Notes under the pieces: model-generated
What the model was told of the DNA's origin: nothing
What the model saw: the letters and a program-made list of their open reading frames with translations, nothing else
Databases searched by the model: none
Assembly (NCBI GenBank): GCA_039189765.1
Contig: JBCCYL010000007.1
Coordinates: forward strand, 32,001 to 96,000
Source of the DNA: Cyanobacteria bacterium P01_F01_bin.150
GTDB taxonomy: Bacteria > Cyanobacteriota > Cyanobacteriia > CAKZMO01
Direction: 5' to 3'
DNA length: 64,000 nucleotides
Shown: positions 21,501-29,772 of the stretch, in pieces
Position numbering within the stretch: the stretch's first letter is position 1
Layout of the letters: each line of letters opens with the position of its first letter
Program-made: the position numbers and the translations under genes

Positions 21501-22142
21501 AGAGAGATAGGTAAACACAGTTTTAGCTAACTGGTCAGCCTGTATTGGTCGCAAAACACAGCAATCCACCTCAAAAATATTACCTACCGTATCCACGATG
21601 GTCTGTAGAATTTCCCCAGAATTCGGTGCCCCTTGAATTGCGCTGTTTACAGTGTTGACCAATGTCTCCTGGCGCAGGTTACTGCGAAGCTCACGAGTTC
21701 TAGCTCGCAATACTAAATGGGTATCTAGGGCTTGTTGCACAACTCCTTTGAGTTCTTCATCATCCCAGGGTTTGGTCACATATTTGAAAACTTGGCCTGC
21801 ATTAATAGCTTCTACCAAGTCTTCAACATCCGTATATCCCGTCAAAATAATCCGAATGATGTCAGGATACTGAGTTGCGGTCAAACTCAAAAACTCCGTC
21901 CCACTCATGGACGGCATTCGTTGATCCGAGATAATGACAGCAATATCATCCTGTTCTTCAAGCAGCGCCAAGGCTTCTGGCCCGCTTTCTGCCTTCAAAA
22001 CCTTGAATTCCCTTCGAAACGTACGATAGAGTAAATCGAGATTGTCTGGTTCATCATCGACAACCAGAATCTTCGGTTTAGGAGGTGTAAGGGTATTTCG
22101 TGAGGATGTCATGCACCGCTCTCCTAATGCGGGGGCTATCAT
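18531..22142 (-). CDS. cyaC: Hybrid adenylate cyclase REC-GAF-GAF-HisKA-HATPase-REC-AC; likely start near 22112
   Basis: ILVVDDE and ISDQRMP receiver, two GAF domains, SHEFRTPL, NLLSNAMKF, GSGLGL, second receiver, cyclase motifs FSDIVGFT, DKFMGD and YTAIGPSVNIASR. Confidence 0.9.
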   Translation of the reverse strand: MIAPALGERCMTSSRNTLTPPKPKILVVDDEPDNLDLLYRTFRREFKVLKAESGPEALALLEEQDDIAVIISDQRMPSMSGTEFLSLTATQYPDIIRIILTGYTDVEDLVEAINAGQVFKYVTKPWDDEELKGVVQQALDTHLVLRARTRELRSNLRQETLVNTVNSAIQGAPNSGEILQTIVDTVGNIFEVDCCVLRPIQADQLAKTVFTYLSPELSDCLTKDQAPPFIETLSQMVWPTREVRSIRLLNGRDQSLAYADIPIHVQDGYQSLNIRSSLLVPFVYQAELLAVLALHHIGQEQTWEDDDIKLIAMVANQAALAFSQAQTYEQVRALAKREALVNTITTAIRSSLDPEDIFAAITHQLGEALQVDGCALSLWTKDDIYVECVGLYESSVTASEKSSESSVNVNGSEINYSDNKERSPLPKSLVPIEGNPVLKELLETQSPVIVDDLASRPELNILDLPLRLPARSLLVVPLLSDGAIIGSISLRQVKEPRHWEADAIDLAQVVAAQAAIAVQQSNLFQTTLQQSEKLLELDRQKTEFFQNISHEFRTPLTLNIGPLEACVEHKEGLSYDQAIIALRNSRRLLRLVNQLLDLQRLDAGRMQPTFTPCLVKHFVQQVVESFQSYCEKKGITLMTALADVPPLYLDVEKFDKVLYNLLSNAMKFTPSGGSIHITLVSEGEHCTLKVQDTGIGIRADQIPYLFDRFRQADGSANRNYEGSGLGLALVKELVELHGGQISVSSVYGQGTAFTIILPHGSDHLPSDQVSEVSATIERTQSFVELADINADASDMLAPDAALPTLPTPTIYPSQLPSLDQNSDSQYTSAPQGTAIGAIGTAPSAMDITEVPSESHILIVDDNPDLRGYVGSILQRAGYKISTARNGAEGLRIVQDQMPNLILTDLMMPQMSGLEMIQHIRQMDQVKGTPIVLVTAKADEDTRIEGAEKGADAYLSKPFNHRELLAEVRNLLALKASEKRVAKLNAYLTESVLRRFLPPTLVQKAAQGELSLDLRPEPRLVTVLFSDIVGFTQISNTLRSRRVASLLNEYLAGMTRAVFENGGTVDKFMGDAVLAIFGAPEEISPNEQVRQAIASARQMLVSLEALNAKWQAQGIPPIQFRCGIHQGTAVVGMFGGEERSDYTAIGPSVNIASRIQTVANPGSILVSATVADYLDDQEINKFEPLALKGVDETVLTFELSPTAP

Positions 22143-22911
22143 AATACTAAACAGTCCAAGCGAGTTGGACTGATAGATGGGTCAACGTATAAAAAATCAA
22201 AAAAGCGGACCAGATCCAACATAGACGCTGCAATCACTATTTATTACTAATTGACATCTGTGGTGAGCTTAACCGGATAGATTTTATAAATACTTGTATG
22301 ATGACGCTTAATCTCCAGAATGCTTCTAAATAAATTTGGGCCTTAGTTCATAGGATGCACTGATGGGAGTAAAAATAGATCACTACTGGAAAGATAATAG
22401 GCCAGGATGGAAAAATTATCTCTTACATGAAAAAACTCAGGCAACCTCAAACGTTGAGTATGGCTTAATTTCAGAAAAGTATTCCAATGTTTTGCAACCA
22501 CGATTCCTTAAGAAAATTGGTTGAACCCGCAAGTCCCTCCATCATAACGAATCATTTTTGGTTGATGCCTTCTCTTTAAGATAATCAGCGTATAACAAGC
22601 AGACAGATGAACCTCATGACTCTTAACAATGTAACTCGTTAACACATACCCATGATTAATGGCTTAGTTGTAAATGCTCTCATCCTTTGCCTGTCAGCCA
22701 GGATAACCACTAGTTAATGCCCCAGGCTTATCTGGCATGAGGGAAAAACTATGGCATTTTTTCCTCATTTGTTTCTTGCTCGAGTACTAGTGGATATCTA
22801 AGGATGGTGGGATACATTTTCTAGCATTACCATGTCTATGTATAGAGTGCCCCAAGTCAAGACTGAATTAACCTTTAGTGGAATCACAGTTAAAGCCACT
22901 GTCCAAATTAT

Positions 22912-23484
22912 ATGGTGTCTAAGCTATCATCCTCAGAACTATCACCCATCGCTATTCGCAATGCTCAGCCAAGCGATATTAATGACTTGTCTGTTCTTCT
23001 GCTCCATAGTTTTAATCATGGTCTAGGAGAAAGCAATAATAGATGGATGCAAATGTTGATACAGCTGAGTATCCAGGCTGATTTAAATCATCGTATAAAT
23101 ACGCCGTCTCGTTATCAATCTACGCAGCATCGATGTCTTGTCGCGGTTAATCCATCTGACGAGAACACAATCTTAGGGACGGTTGAAGTATCAATTCAAC
23201 GCCATTATCTTTGGTCGTCATCTAGATATGTTTACCTATCTAATCTTGCTGTGCAAACCAATTATCGTCGTCAAGGAATTGCCTATGAGCTGCTACAGCG
23301 CTGTGAATTAGTAGGAAAATCATGGGGACTTGGCGATATGTATCTTCACGTGCGAGAAGACAATCGGGCTGCTCGTCAGTTATACGAAAGATGCGGATAT
23401 CAGATTCAACGTATCGACTTCAACCTCGGCTCTTTGCTCTTAAGGCAGGCACAACCATTATTTCTTCATAAAAAATTGCAATAA
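22912..23484 (+). CDS. GNAT N-acetyltransferase
   Basis: YLSNLAV, YRRQGIA and LHVREDNRAARQLYERCGY. Confidence 0.9.
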   Translation: MVSKLSSSELSPIAIRNAQPSDINDLSVLLLHSFNHGLGESNNRWMQMLIQLSIQADLNHRINTPSRYQSTQHRCLVAVNPSDENTILGTVEVSIQRHYLWSSSRYVYLSNLAVQTNYRRQGIAYELLQRCELVGKSWGLGDMYLHVREDNRAARQLYERCGYQIQRIDFNLGSLLLRQAQPLFLHKKLQ

Positions 23485-23603
23485 GCTTTATCTAGCAACT
23501 CAATCTCACGATTCGCTCATATATTAACCTGAAAAAATTAAGATATCCTGGGATACTGCTTGCTTCATCGCATTGCCTCCAAGTACAAGCCCAACAATTA
23601 CAA

Positions 23604-26390
23604 ATGAAGGACTCACTACATAGCTTGAACAATCGTTCCCCAGATACTCCCCATGAACCTGATATTGAGACGTTTGTTAATCTGCCGTCCAATAAATTGT
23701 TGTCTCCCGATCCCAAATTACTTGAACCTTGTTGTGAAACTCGGGAAGATGCTCAGAGTATGAATCAACAGGTAGCTATGAACTCTAGTCTGTTACCGCA
23801 AGATGTGACAGTGGAGCCTACAGTCCCATATCCTTTCGAATCAGCTGCTCAGAGACATACTGAGCCAACGGTTAAAATTCCAGATAGTGCATCGAATACC
23901 GAAACTAAAAGCCTTGAAGAAACTGGAACTGCTGGGCGATCGCCTTTTCGTTCCACCTATCTTAGCAATCTAAACCTAAGCGGCTTAAGACTGACAAACC
24001 TCAGTCGTTTGCTACTTGACCATAGTCAACTCTTACGGGATGACGGTAAAGGATTAAGTTTGCTGGGGGTTGGCCATGGCATTGTCGCAGGGATTGCTGT
24101 TGTAGCTTCGGGCTTGACGATACTGAATCCTCCCTGGATTCAATCTTTGGAATATGAAGTTCAAGCCTTCTTCTTCCAACATCGGGGAACGATCAGCCCT
24201 CCTCAAGATATTGTGATTTTGGAAATTGATGAAACATCACTAGCTCAAGGAGAATTTTATAGCAGCGATCCTGATAAATATTCTGATCTTGAACTAATTC
24301 AACAGTGGCCTTGGCAGCGGCAAGTCTATGCGATCGCCATTGAGCGAGTGATGGAAGCAGGCGCTAAAGCAGTTGCTTTAGACCTAATTTTGGATCGACC
24401 AAGTGTTTGGGGAGATAAAGATGATGGTTTTCTCCAATATGCTTTAGAGCGCTATCCCGAAAGAATTGTCTTAGCGTCGAGTTTTGACGATAGTGCAAAT
24501 GATACTGGTTCCACCCTTCAGCTTGCACCTCCTCTCGTTCGCTTTTTGGATGCAGGTGGTAGACCAGGGGTTATTAATTATCCGTTTGCTCCCAATGATC
24601 GTATCCATAAGTTCTCTCAAGTCTGGTTACAGGATCAAGCGGATTCTGATATCGCGATGCAAACATACTTAAATGGATTACCGGACTCATTAACTCAAAC
24701 CTTTGTTGAACAGACGGTATTGGCTGCTCAGAACCGTAATATGGTCGAGACGGTCGAGGCTGATCTATCACTAAGGGGAGAACAAATATTTTTCTATGGT
24801 CCAGCAGGCACCTTTGAGCATGAAGCATTTTGGACTATTTTGGATCCGCAAAATTGGGAGGTGCATCAATTCCAAAATACCTTTCGAGACAAAATTGTCT
24901 TGATTGGCCCCACTGCCAAACTCTTTCAAGACTCGCATCGTACGCCCTTTGGGTTCATGTCAGGGATTGAAATTCATGCCAATGCTATTGCCACCTACCT
25001 CAATAATCGATCGATTACAGAGGCGTTGCCTAATCCTTATCTCAAGGCAGGATTGGTTTTAGGGCTAACTATATTGACTGGATTAGGGGCTAGTTATCCT
25101 CGCCGCACATCGTATCGTATGTTGATTACTCTTGCCGGAGTGAGTGCTTGGACTGTCTTCAGTTATGTTTCTTGGGTTGCAGGACGCTTGGCCTTACCAA
25201 CCGCTGTACCTTTGGGTGCCATTACCCTTGGGGGGGCTGGGTATGTTACGACTGGGTTACTCCAAGAAAAACTGCGCAAACTGAAATTACGTAGTGCATT
25301 GAAACAATATGTCAGCTCCCCTATTGTTCAAGACATCATTAACCAGCAGGATGATCTCCATGATTTAATTTCTGAGGAAGAGAAAGAGACCATCGGCAAG
25401 ATTTTAGATGGGCGATACAAAATTATAGAGATCTTGGCCTCGGGAGGTTTTGGCCAAACGTTTATTGCCCAAGATTTAAGACGTCCGGGTCAACCACGCT
25501 GCGTTGTTAAGCAACTCCGGCCAGTTAGTAATGATCCCCGAGTTTTTCATCTCTCAAGACGGTTGTTTAATAAAGAAGCTGAAACCCTTGAGCGACTCAA
25601 TCATAATCAGATACCTCAGCTTTTGGCTTATTTTGAAGAGGCCCAAGGCTTTTACTTAGTGCAAGAACTGGTTGAAGGGCACCCGCTACGCTACGAACTA
25701 TTGCCTAAGCCAAGTTCAGAATTAAATGTCATCCTTATTTTGAAAGAACTTCTAGAAATTCTTGTCTTTATCCATGATATGAGAGTGATTCATCGTGACA
25801 TTAAACCTAGCAACATTATCCGTCGTCACTCCGATCAGCGGTTAGTCCTCATTGATTTCGGAGCCGTTAAAGAAATTCAGGCAACCGCACCAGGTGAAGA
25901 AGGAGAACCAGACAAAACAGTTTCTATTGGTACTCGTGGTTATATCTCGAATGAACAGTTAGCAGGGAATCCACGATTTAACAGTGATATTTACGCGGTT
26001 GGTGTAATTGGGATACAGGCTAGTACAGGATTATCGCCTGATAAGTTGGTCGATGATGCGGAAACTGGAGAACTCGTCTGGCAGCCATTTTCTGACCATA
26101 GTGAGGCGCTCAAAGAAATTATTGATAAGATGGTCCGATATGATTTCAGTAAACGATATCAGTCAGCTCAAGATGTTCTAGAGGACTTGCAGCCGTTGTT
26201 AGATATGCACATTACAGATGATGAAGGAGCAGTCTCAGCATCTCTGCCAGCATACACAATATTAAAGTCTCACCACAGAACTGAGTTTGGTGATGAGACC
26301 ATTGAACTTACAGATGGCGATTTAGATGCTACAGTTCCTTGGCCGACGGGAGTGAAAGAAGATCTGATTGATGACGCCACAAACTCCTAA
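23604..26390 (+). CDS. CHASE2-domain Ser/Thr protein kinase
   Basis: CHASE2 motifs (WPWQR, VALDL, KIVLIG, GIEIHA), TM helices, kinase motifs SGGFG, VVKQL, HRDIKPSN, DFG and SDIYAVG. Confidence 0.93.
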   Translation: MKDSLHSLNNRSPDTPHEPDIETFVNLPSNKLLSPDPKLLEPCCETREDAQSMNQQVAMNSSLLPQDVTVEPTVPYPFESAAQRHTEPTVKIPDSASNTETKSLEETGTAGRSPFRSTYLSNLNLSGLRLTNLSRLLLDHSQLLRDDGKGLSLLGVGHGIVAGIAVVASGLTILNPPWIQSLEYEVQAFFFQHRGTISPPQDIVILEIDETSLAQGEFYSSDPDKYSDLELIQQWPWQRQVYAIAIERVMEAGAKAVALDLILDRPSVWGDKDDGFLQYALERYPERIVLASSFDDSANDTGSTLQLAPPLVRFLDAGGRPGVINYPFAPNDRIHKFSQVWLQDQADSDIAMQTYLNGLPDSLTQTFVEQTVLAAQNRNMVETVEADLSLRGEQIFFYGPAGTFEHEAFWTILDPQNWEVHQFQNTFRDKIVLIGPTAKLFQDSHRTPFGFMSGIEIHANAIATYLNNRSITEALPNPYLKAGLVLGLTILTGLGASYPRRTSYRMLITLAGVSAWTVFSYVSWVAGRLALPTAVPLGAITLGGAGYVTTGLLQEKLRKLKLRSALKQYVSSPIVQDIINQQDDLHDLISEEEKETIGKILDGRYKIIEILASGGFGQTFIAQDLRRPGQPRCVVKQLRPVSNDPRVFHLSRRLFNKEAETLERLNHNQIPQLLAYFEEAQGFYLVQELVEGHPLRYELLPKPSSELNVILILKELLEILVFIHDMRVIHRDIKPSNIIRRHSDQRLVLIDFGAVKEIQATAPGEEGEPDKTVSIGTRGYISNEQLAGNPRFNSDIYAVGVIGIQASTGLSPDKLVDDAETGELVWQPFSDHSEALKEIIDKMVRYDFSKRYQSAQDVLEDLQPLLDMHITDDEGAVSASLPAYTILKSHHRTEFGDETIELTDGDLDATVPWPTGVKEDLIDDATNS

Positions 26391-26908
26391 AGAAGGTGTA
26401 CATCTTGGATAAAGTTCAAGAGGATAGCTTGGTGAGGAGTTCCAATGGGGCAGATTTTCTGGGCCAGCTTTGAATAGGCTTCTCCGTTGCGAATATCGCT
26501 ATAACTCAAAAAATCCATATCCCATCCTTCATTGAGGATTAACGTGGACAGATCAGCCTTTAGCGGCGCATGATAAACATGACGAATTACAGGAGAGTCA
26601 GTAGTTGCAATGGTGTCGGTGTATGAGCGATACAACTTTAAGTTAGGAGGAACAAAATTAATTTCTTCTAAGAGTTCACGGCTGATGCCATCATCAGGTG
26701 TTTCCCCCGGCTCCAAATGGCCGCCGAAAAAAGCCCAATGGCCAGGATAACGAATTGTTGGAATGTCATCTCGAAGCTGCATAAGGAAACGCCCAGGTTG
26801 GTGGAGAATGGCGATCGCCACCTCAATTTTAGAATGCGCTCCAAAAAAGGGCTGTATCTGCATCACAATGAGTCCACATGCTTGAGAATTACTTGAGACA
26901 GGACTCAA
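26387..26908 (-). CDS. NUDIX hydrolase; likely start near 26863
   Basis: QLRDD...PGHW and the Nudix box GGHLEPGETPDDGISRELLEEI. Confidence 0.9.
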   Translation of the reverse strand: MSPVSSNSQACGLIVMQIQPFFGAHSKIEVAIAILHQPGRFLMQLRDDIPTIRYPGHWAFFGGHLEPGETPDDGISRELLEEINFVPPNLKLYRSYTDTIATTDSPVIRHVYHAPLKADLSTLILNEGWDMDFLSYSDIRNGEAYSKLAQKICPIGTPHQAILLNFIQDVHLL

Positions 26909-27054
26909 ATCATAAAATAAATTGGTTCCAACGTGGAAATCGTAACGTCCTCCCAGTTTGGCTCAGGTAATTGTATCGACGGAAAATTCCCAAAATGTTC
27001 AGAAAAGTCGCCAGATAGTCCGGATTCTCAATCGTCTTCCTAGGAGATAGGAAT

Positions 27055-27104
27055 GGTAGATGCACCCTGATTCGACCCCGTTAGGATTTTCCTTTCGGGG
27101 TTTT
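27055..27104 (+). ncRNA. nsiR1: NsiR1-like sRNA copy 1 (most divergent)
   Basis: TCCGGA at 27019, N18, GGAGA; core; ACCCCG...CGGGGT hairpin and T-run. Confidence 0.7.
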
Positions 27105-27213
27105 CTCTTAGATTTAAATATTCCGTTAGTTTAGAAATTGATAATAGCTGAGATTTATAAAAAAATATATATAAAAGTCCGGATCTTATTAATTTATGAA
27201 GGTAGACAGGAAT

Positions 27214-27262
27214 GGTAGATGCACCCTGATTCAACCCTGAAAGATTTATTCTTTTGGGGTTT
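27214..27262 (+). ncRNA. nsiR1: NsiR1-like sRNA copy 2
   Basis: TCCGGA at 27178, N18, GTAGA; core; ACCCTGAAAGA/TCTTTTGGGGT hairpin. Confidence 0.75.
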
Positions 27263-27592
27263 CCTTATGCTTACTGCCGTAATCTATGAGTGAGCATTTA
27301 GATTTATTGACTGGGCAATTAGAAATTAATTTATTTTATGAAACTTATAGCTATGAATTATTCCAAAATGTGATTATGGAAATATATTTTATTTTTTGAA
27401 TATTTGTATTTTGCGTAAATTTGCTGATGCTCATTTATTTATTGATAATATATTGAAGCTTTTTTGTTGTTAGCTAGTGAACTCATTTGATTTTCGGATA
27501 TTTTTATCGAGCTTTAAAACTTTTTGATGGAAAGAACTATTGTTATATTCAAAATATCCGGATATTGAATTCCTCTATGAGTAACTAGGAAT

Positions 27593-27643
27593 GGTAGATG
27601 CACCCTGATTCAACCCTGAAGAAATTTATCCCTTCGGGGTTTT
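27593..27643 (+). ncRNA. nsiR1: NsiR1-like sRNA copy 3
   Basis: TCCGGA at 27557, N18, GTAAC; core; ACCCTGAAG/CTTCGGGGT hairpin. Confidence 0.75.
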
Positions 27644-27757
27644 CTTGTTTTTTATAATTTTATTAAGGTGATAATTTAAGTTCGTTATAAATATATAGGT
27701 CTTTATTTTTATAGCTAAACTATCCGGAGATCAATATTATTGTAGGTAAGTAGATAT

Positions 27758-27808
27758 GGTAGATGCACCCTGATTCAACCCTGAAAGAATTTATTCCTTC
27801 GGGGTTTT
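27758..27808 (+). ncRNA. nsiR1: NsiR1-like sRNA copy 4
   Basis: TCCGGA at 27723, N17, GTAAG; core; hairpin and T-run. Confidence 0.75.
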
Positions 27809-27920
27809 CTCATTTCTCTATTGATTTAGAGTTTCAAGTGCTTTAATCTATCTTTGAAAGGATTTTAAATTTACGAACAAACTGTCCGGAATATAGATGT
27901 ATTTATAGGTAACCAGATAT

Positions 27921-27971
27921 GGTAGATGCACCCTGATTCAACCCTGAGAGGATTTATTCTTTCAGGGTTTT
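27921..27971 (+). ncRNA. nsiR1: NsiR1-like sRNA copy 5
   Basis: TCCGGA at 27885, N18, GTAAC; core; ACCCTGAGAGGA/TCTTTCAGGGT hairpin. Confidence 0.75.
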
Positions 27972-28074
27972 CTTGACTTTATTCGTTAATTTATAAAATA
28001 TTTAAATACTTTTTTGTTTGATTTCTATGATTAAAATTTCCGGAGTTTAACTATTTCTGCGAGTAAGTAGAAAT

Positions 28075-28125
28075 GGTAGATGCACCCTGATTCAACCCTG
28101 AGAGGATTTATTCTTTCAGGGTTTT
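28075..28125 (+). ncRNA. nsiR1: NsiR1-like sRNA copy 6 (transcribed part identical to copy 5)
   Basis: TCCGGA at 28039, N18, GTAAG; core; same hairpin as copy 5. Confidence 0.75.
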
Positions 28126-28237
28126 CTTGTTCTTAGCCTGCCACTTAGTAAGATTGGAATACCTTCTAAATATCTGCTTATTTATCTTTTCAGCTAAACT
28201 ATCCGGACTTTGAATACTCTTATGAGTAAGTAAAAAT

Positions 28238-28287
28238 GGTAGATGCACCCTGATTCAACCTCGAAAGAATTTATTCTTTCGGGGTTT
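28238..28287 (+). ncRNA. nsiR1: NsiR1-like sRNA copy 7
   Basis: TCCGGA at 28202, N18, GTAAG; core; ACCTCGAAAGAAT/ATTCTTTCGGGGT hairpin. Confidence 0.75.
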
Positions 28288-28632
28288 CCTGTTTCTACAG
28301 GAAAAATGACATAACTTACGTAACTCGAATGCCAATTTTAGGCTGGTAGTGTAGGGGCGTCGCCTTCGCTCTATCTGTGGTTTTGTGTCAGATTAAAGCG
28401 AAACCCCACAACTTAGACTTATTAACGATGAGAACCCAAAGCATTTTGCTGTCGATAAAATCGGTCTTCAGCCTAAAGATATGTACAAAGATATCGCTTT
28501 GTACTAAATCCGTAACGGATAAGGGCAAAAGAATCCATTGACCAACAGGACACGATAAAATCCGGAAAGGATGAATTGGTGACGAATAATGCCATTCAAC
28601 CGAAACTCTTCAATTAATTCGGGGGAAAGCCT

Positions 28633-29091
28633 GTGACTGCTATTTTATCGAATGAAGCTGATGTAACAACTGAACATTATGTTGTCTTGGGCCTGGCGAA
28701 CTGCTTTATTAAAGAAGATGGTGAGGTTCATCCAGTCAAAGTGTTGGAACCCATTCCATCAGCGGCATTGGAAGCCTTGATAAAGGGTATCCCCACATCC
28801 TATAGTTTGGCTTATGCTACTCAAATTGGAGCCATCCTCTCTGACGAAGCCCCCACAATGCCCAGTGTTTTTCCGAAAGATGTGCAGCTATGTGATGATT
28901 TTGCAAGCCGAGCAATCGCTGCTGCACGCACTTACCACTCCCGTCCTGAGGCACAAACTCACATTCCGCTGAATACGACCTACGAAACTTTCAACACGTC
29001 TTTAGATCGGAAGCGCGTATTAAATTCAGAAAACATCGTTAGAACAGAAGATAACGTTAAACAGCACTCATATACACATCAAGTTCTTTAA
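28633..29091 (+). CDS. Conserved cyanobacterial hypothetical protein
   Basis: 152-aa ORF with a GTG start after a purine-rich tract; protein-like composition; 5 nt from the GST ORF. Confidence 0.75.
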   Translation: MTAILSNEADVTTEHYVVLGLANCFIKEDGEVHPVKVLEPIPSAALEALIKGIPTSYSLAYATQIGAILSDEAPTMPSVFPKDVQLCDDFASRAIAAARTYHSRPEAQTHIPLNTTYETFNTSLDRKRVLNSENIVRTEDNVKQHSYTHQVL

Positions 29092-29096
29092 TTAAT

Positions 29097-29666
29097 TTGT
29101 CTAAATTTATGACTCTCAAACTTTACGGTGGTACCCGTACTCGCGCCTCTATTATTAAGTGGTACCTCGAAGAAAAAAATATTCCCTACGATTTTGTTCT
29201 GCTGGACTTACGAGCTGGGGAACATCAAACATCGGAGTTTTTAGCGATTAACCCGATGGGGAAAGTCCCCGCCATTGTGGATGAGGATGTGACTTGTTGG
29301 GAGTCTGGTGCGATTTTACTTTATTTGGCAGACCATTATGCTCCGACTCCTCTAAGTGCCGCTCACCGTGCGGCTTTAGGGCAGTGGGTAATGTTTGCCA
29401 ATGCAACGCTGGGACCAGGCTTGTTTATTGAAAGTAACAGGGAGAGGGAAGGCGATCGCCTCCTTTCTTCTTTAAACAGCGTTCTGGAAAAATCTGAATA
29501 TTTGGTTGATGATGACCTAAGTGCGGCAGATATTGCCGTTGGGGCCTACTTAGCGTACGCCACTATGATGGTCAAACTCACCTATGAGAACTATGGGGCG
29601 ATCGCCACCTATGTGACTAATCTCACTCAGCGCCCTGCCTTCAAGTCCACCATCGGTGCTCGTTGA
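29097..29666 (+). CDS. Glutathione S-transferase family protein; likely start ATG 29109
   Basis: INPMGKVPAI, WESGAILLYLA and SAADI. Confidence 0.92.
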   Translation: MSKFMTLKLYGGTRTRASIIKWYLEEKNIPYDFVLLDLRAGEHQTSEFLAINPMGKVPAIVDEDVTCWESGAILLYLADHYAPTPLSAAHRAALGQWVMFANATLGPGLFIESNREREGDRLLSSLNSVLEKSEYLVDDDLSAADIAVGAYLAYATMMVKLTYENYGAIATYVTNLTQRPAFKSTIGAR

Positions 29667-29772
29667 ATTCTTGCATCGCTTTCGGATGTTAATTTTAGGC
29701 GAATAATGGGGCCTCGTACCTTCATTGACGTTGACTGGGGTTTGTCTGAGAGCAGAACCCCGTTTTTCTTAG

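Larger units (their letters stand above)
27019..28290 (+). repeat. Tandem array of 7 promoter-sRNA-terminator units (NsiR1-like)
   Basis: Invariant ATGGTAGATGCACCCTGATTC at 27053, 27212, 27591, 27756, 27919, 28073 and 28236. Each has TCCGGA starting 33-34 nt upstream and is followed by a hairpin and T-run. Confidence 0.95.

Noticed and set aside
27040..27234. 64-aa minus-strand ORF in the array
   Set aside because: It is an antisense read-through of repeat copies 1-2 (NQGASTIP occurs twice) with no coding features.
27270..27545. Possible degenerate extra array copy in the 379-bp gap
   Set aside because: No core or hairpin is recognisable; there is only an isolated TTCGGA near 27493.
27019..28290. 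CRISPR array interpretation
   Set aside because: The period is 154-165 bp with one 379-bp gap, the inter-repeat DNA carries a conserved promoter motif at a fixed distance, each unit has a terminator, and no cas genes are in the window.
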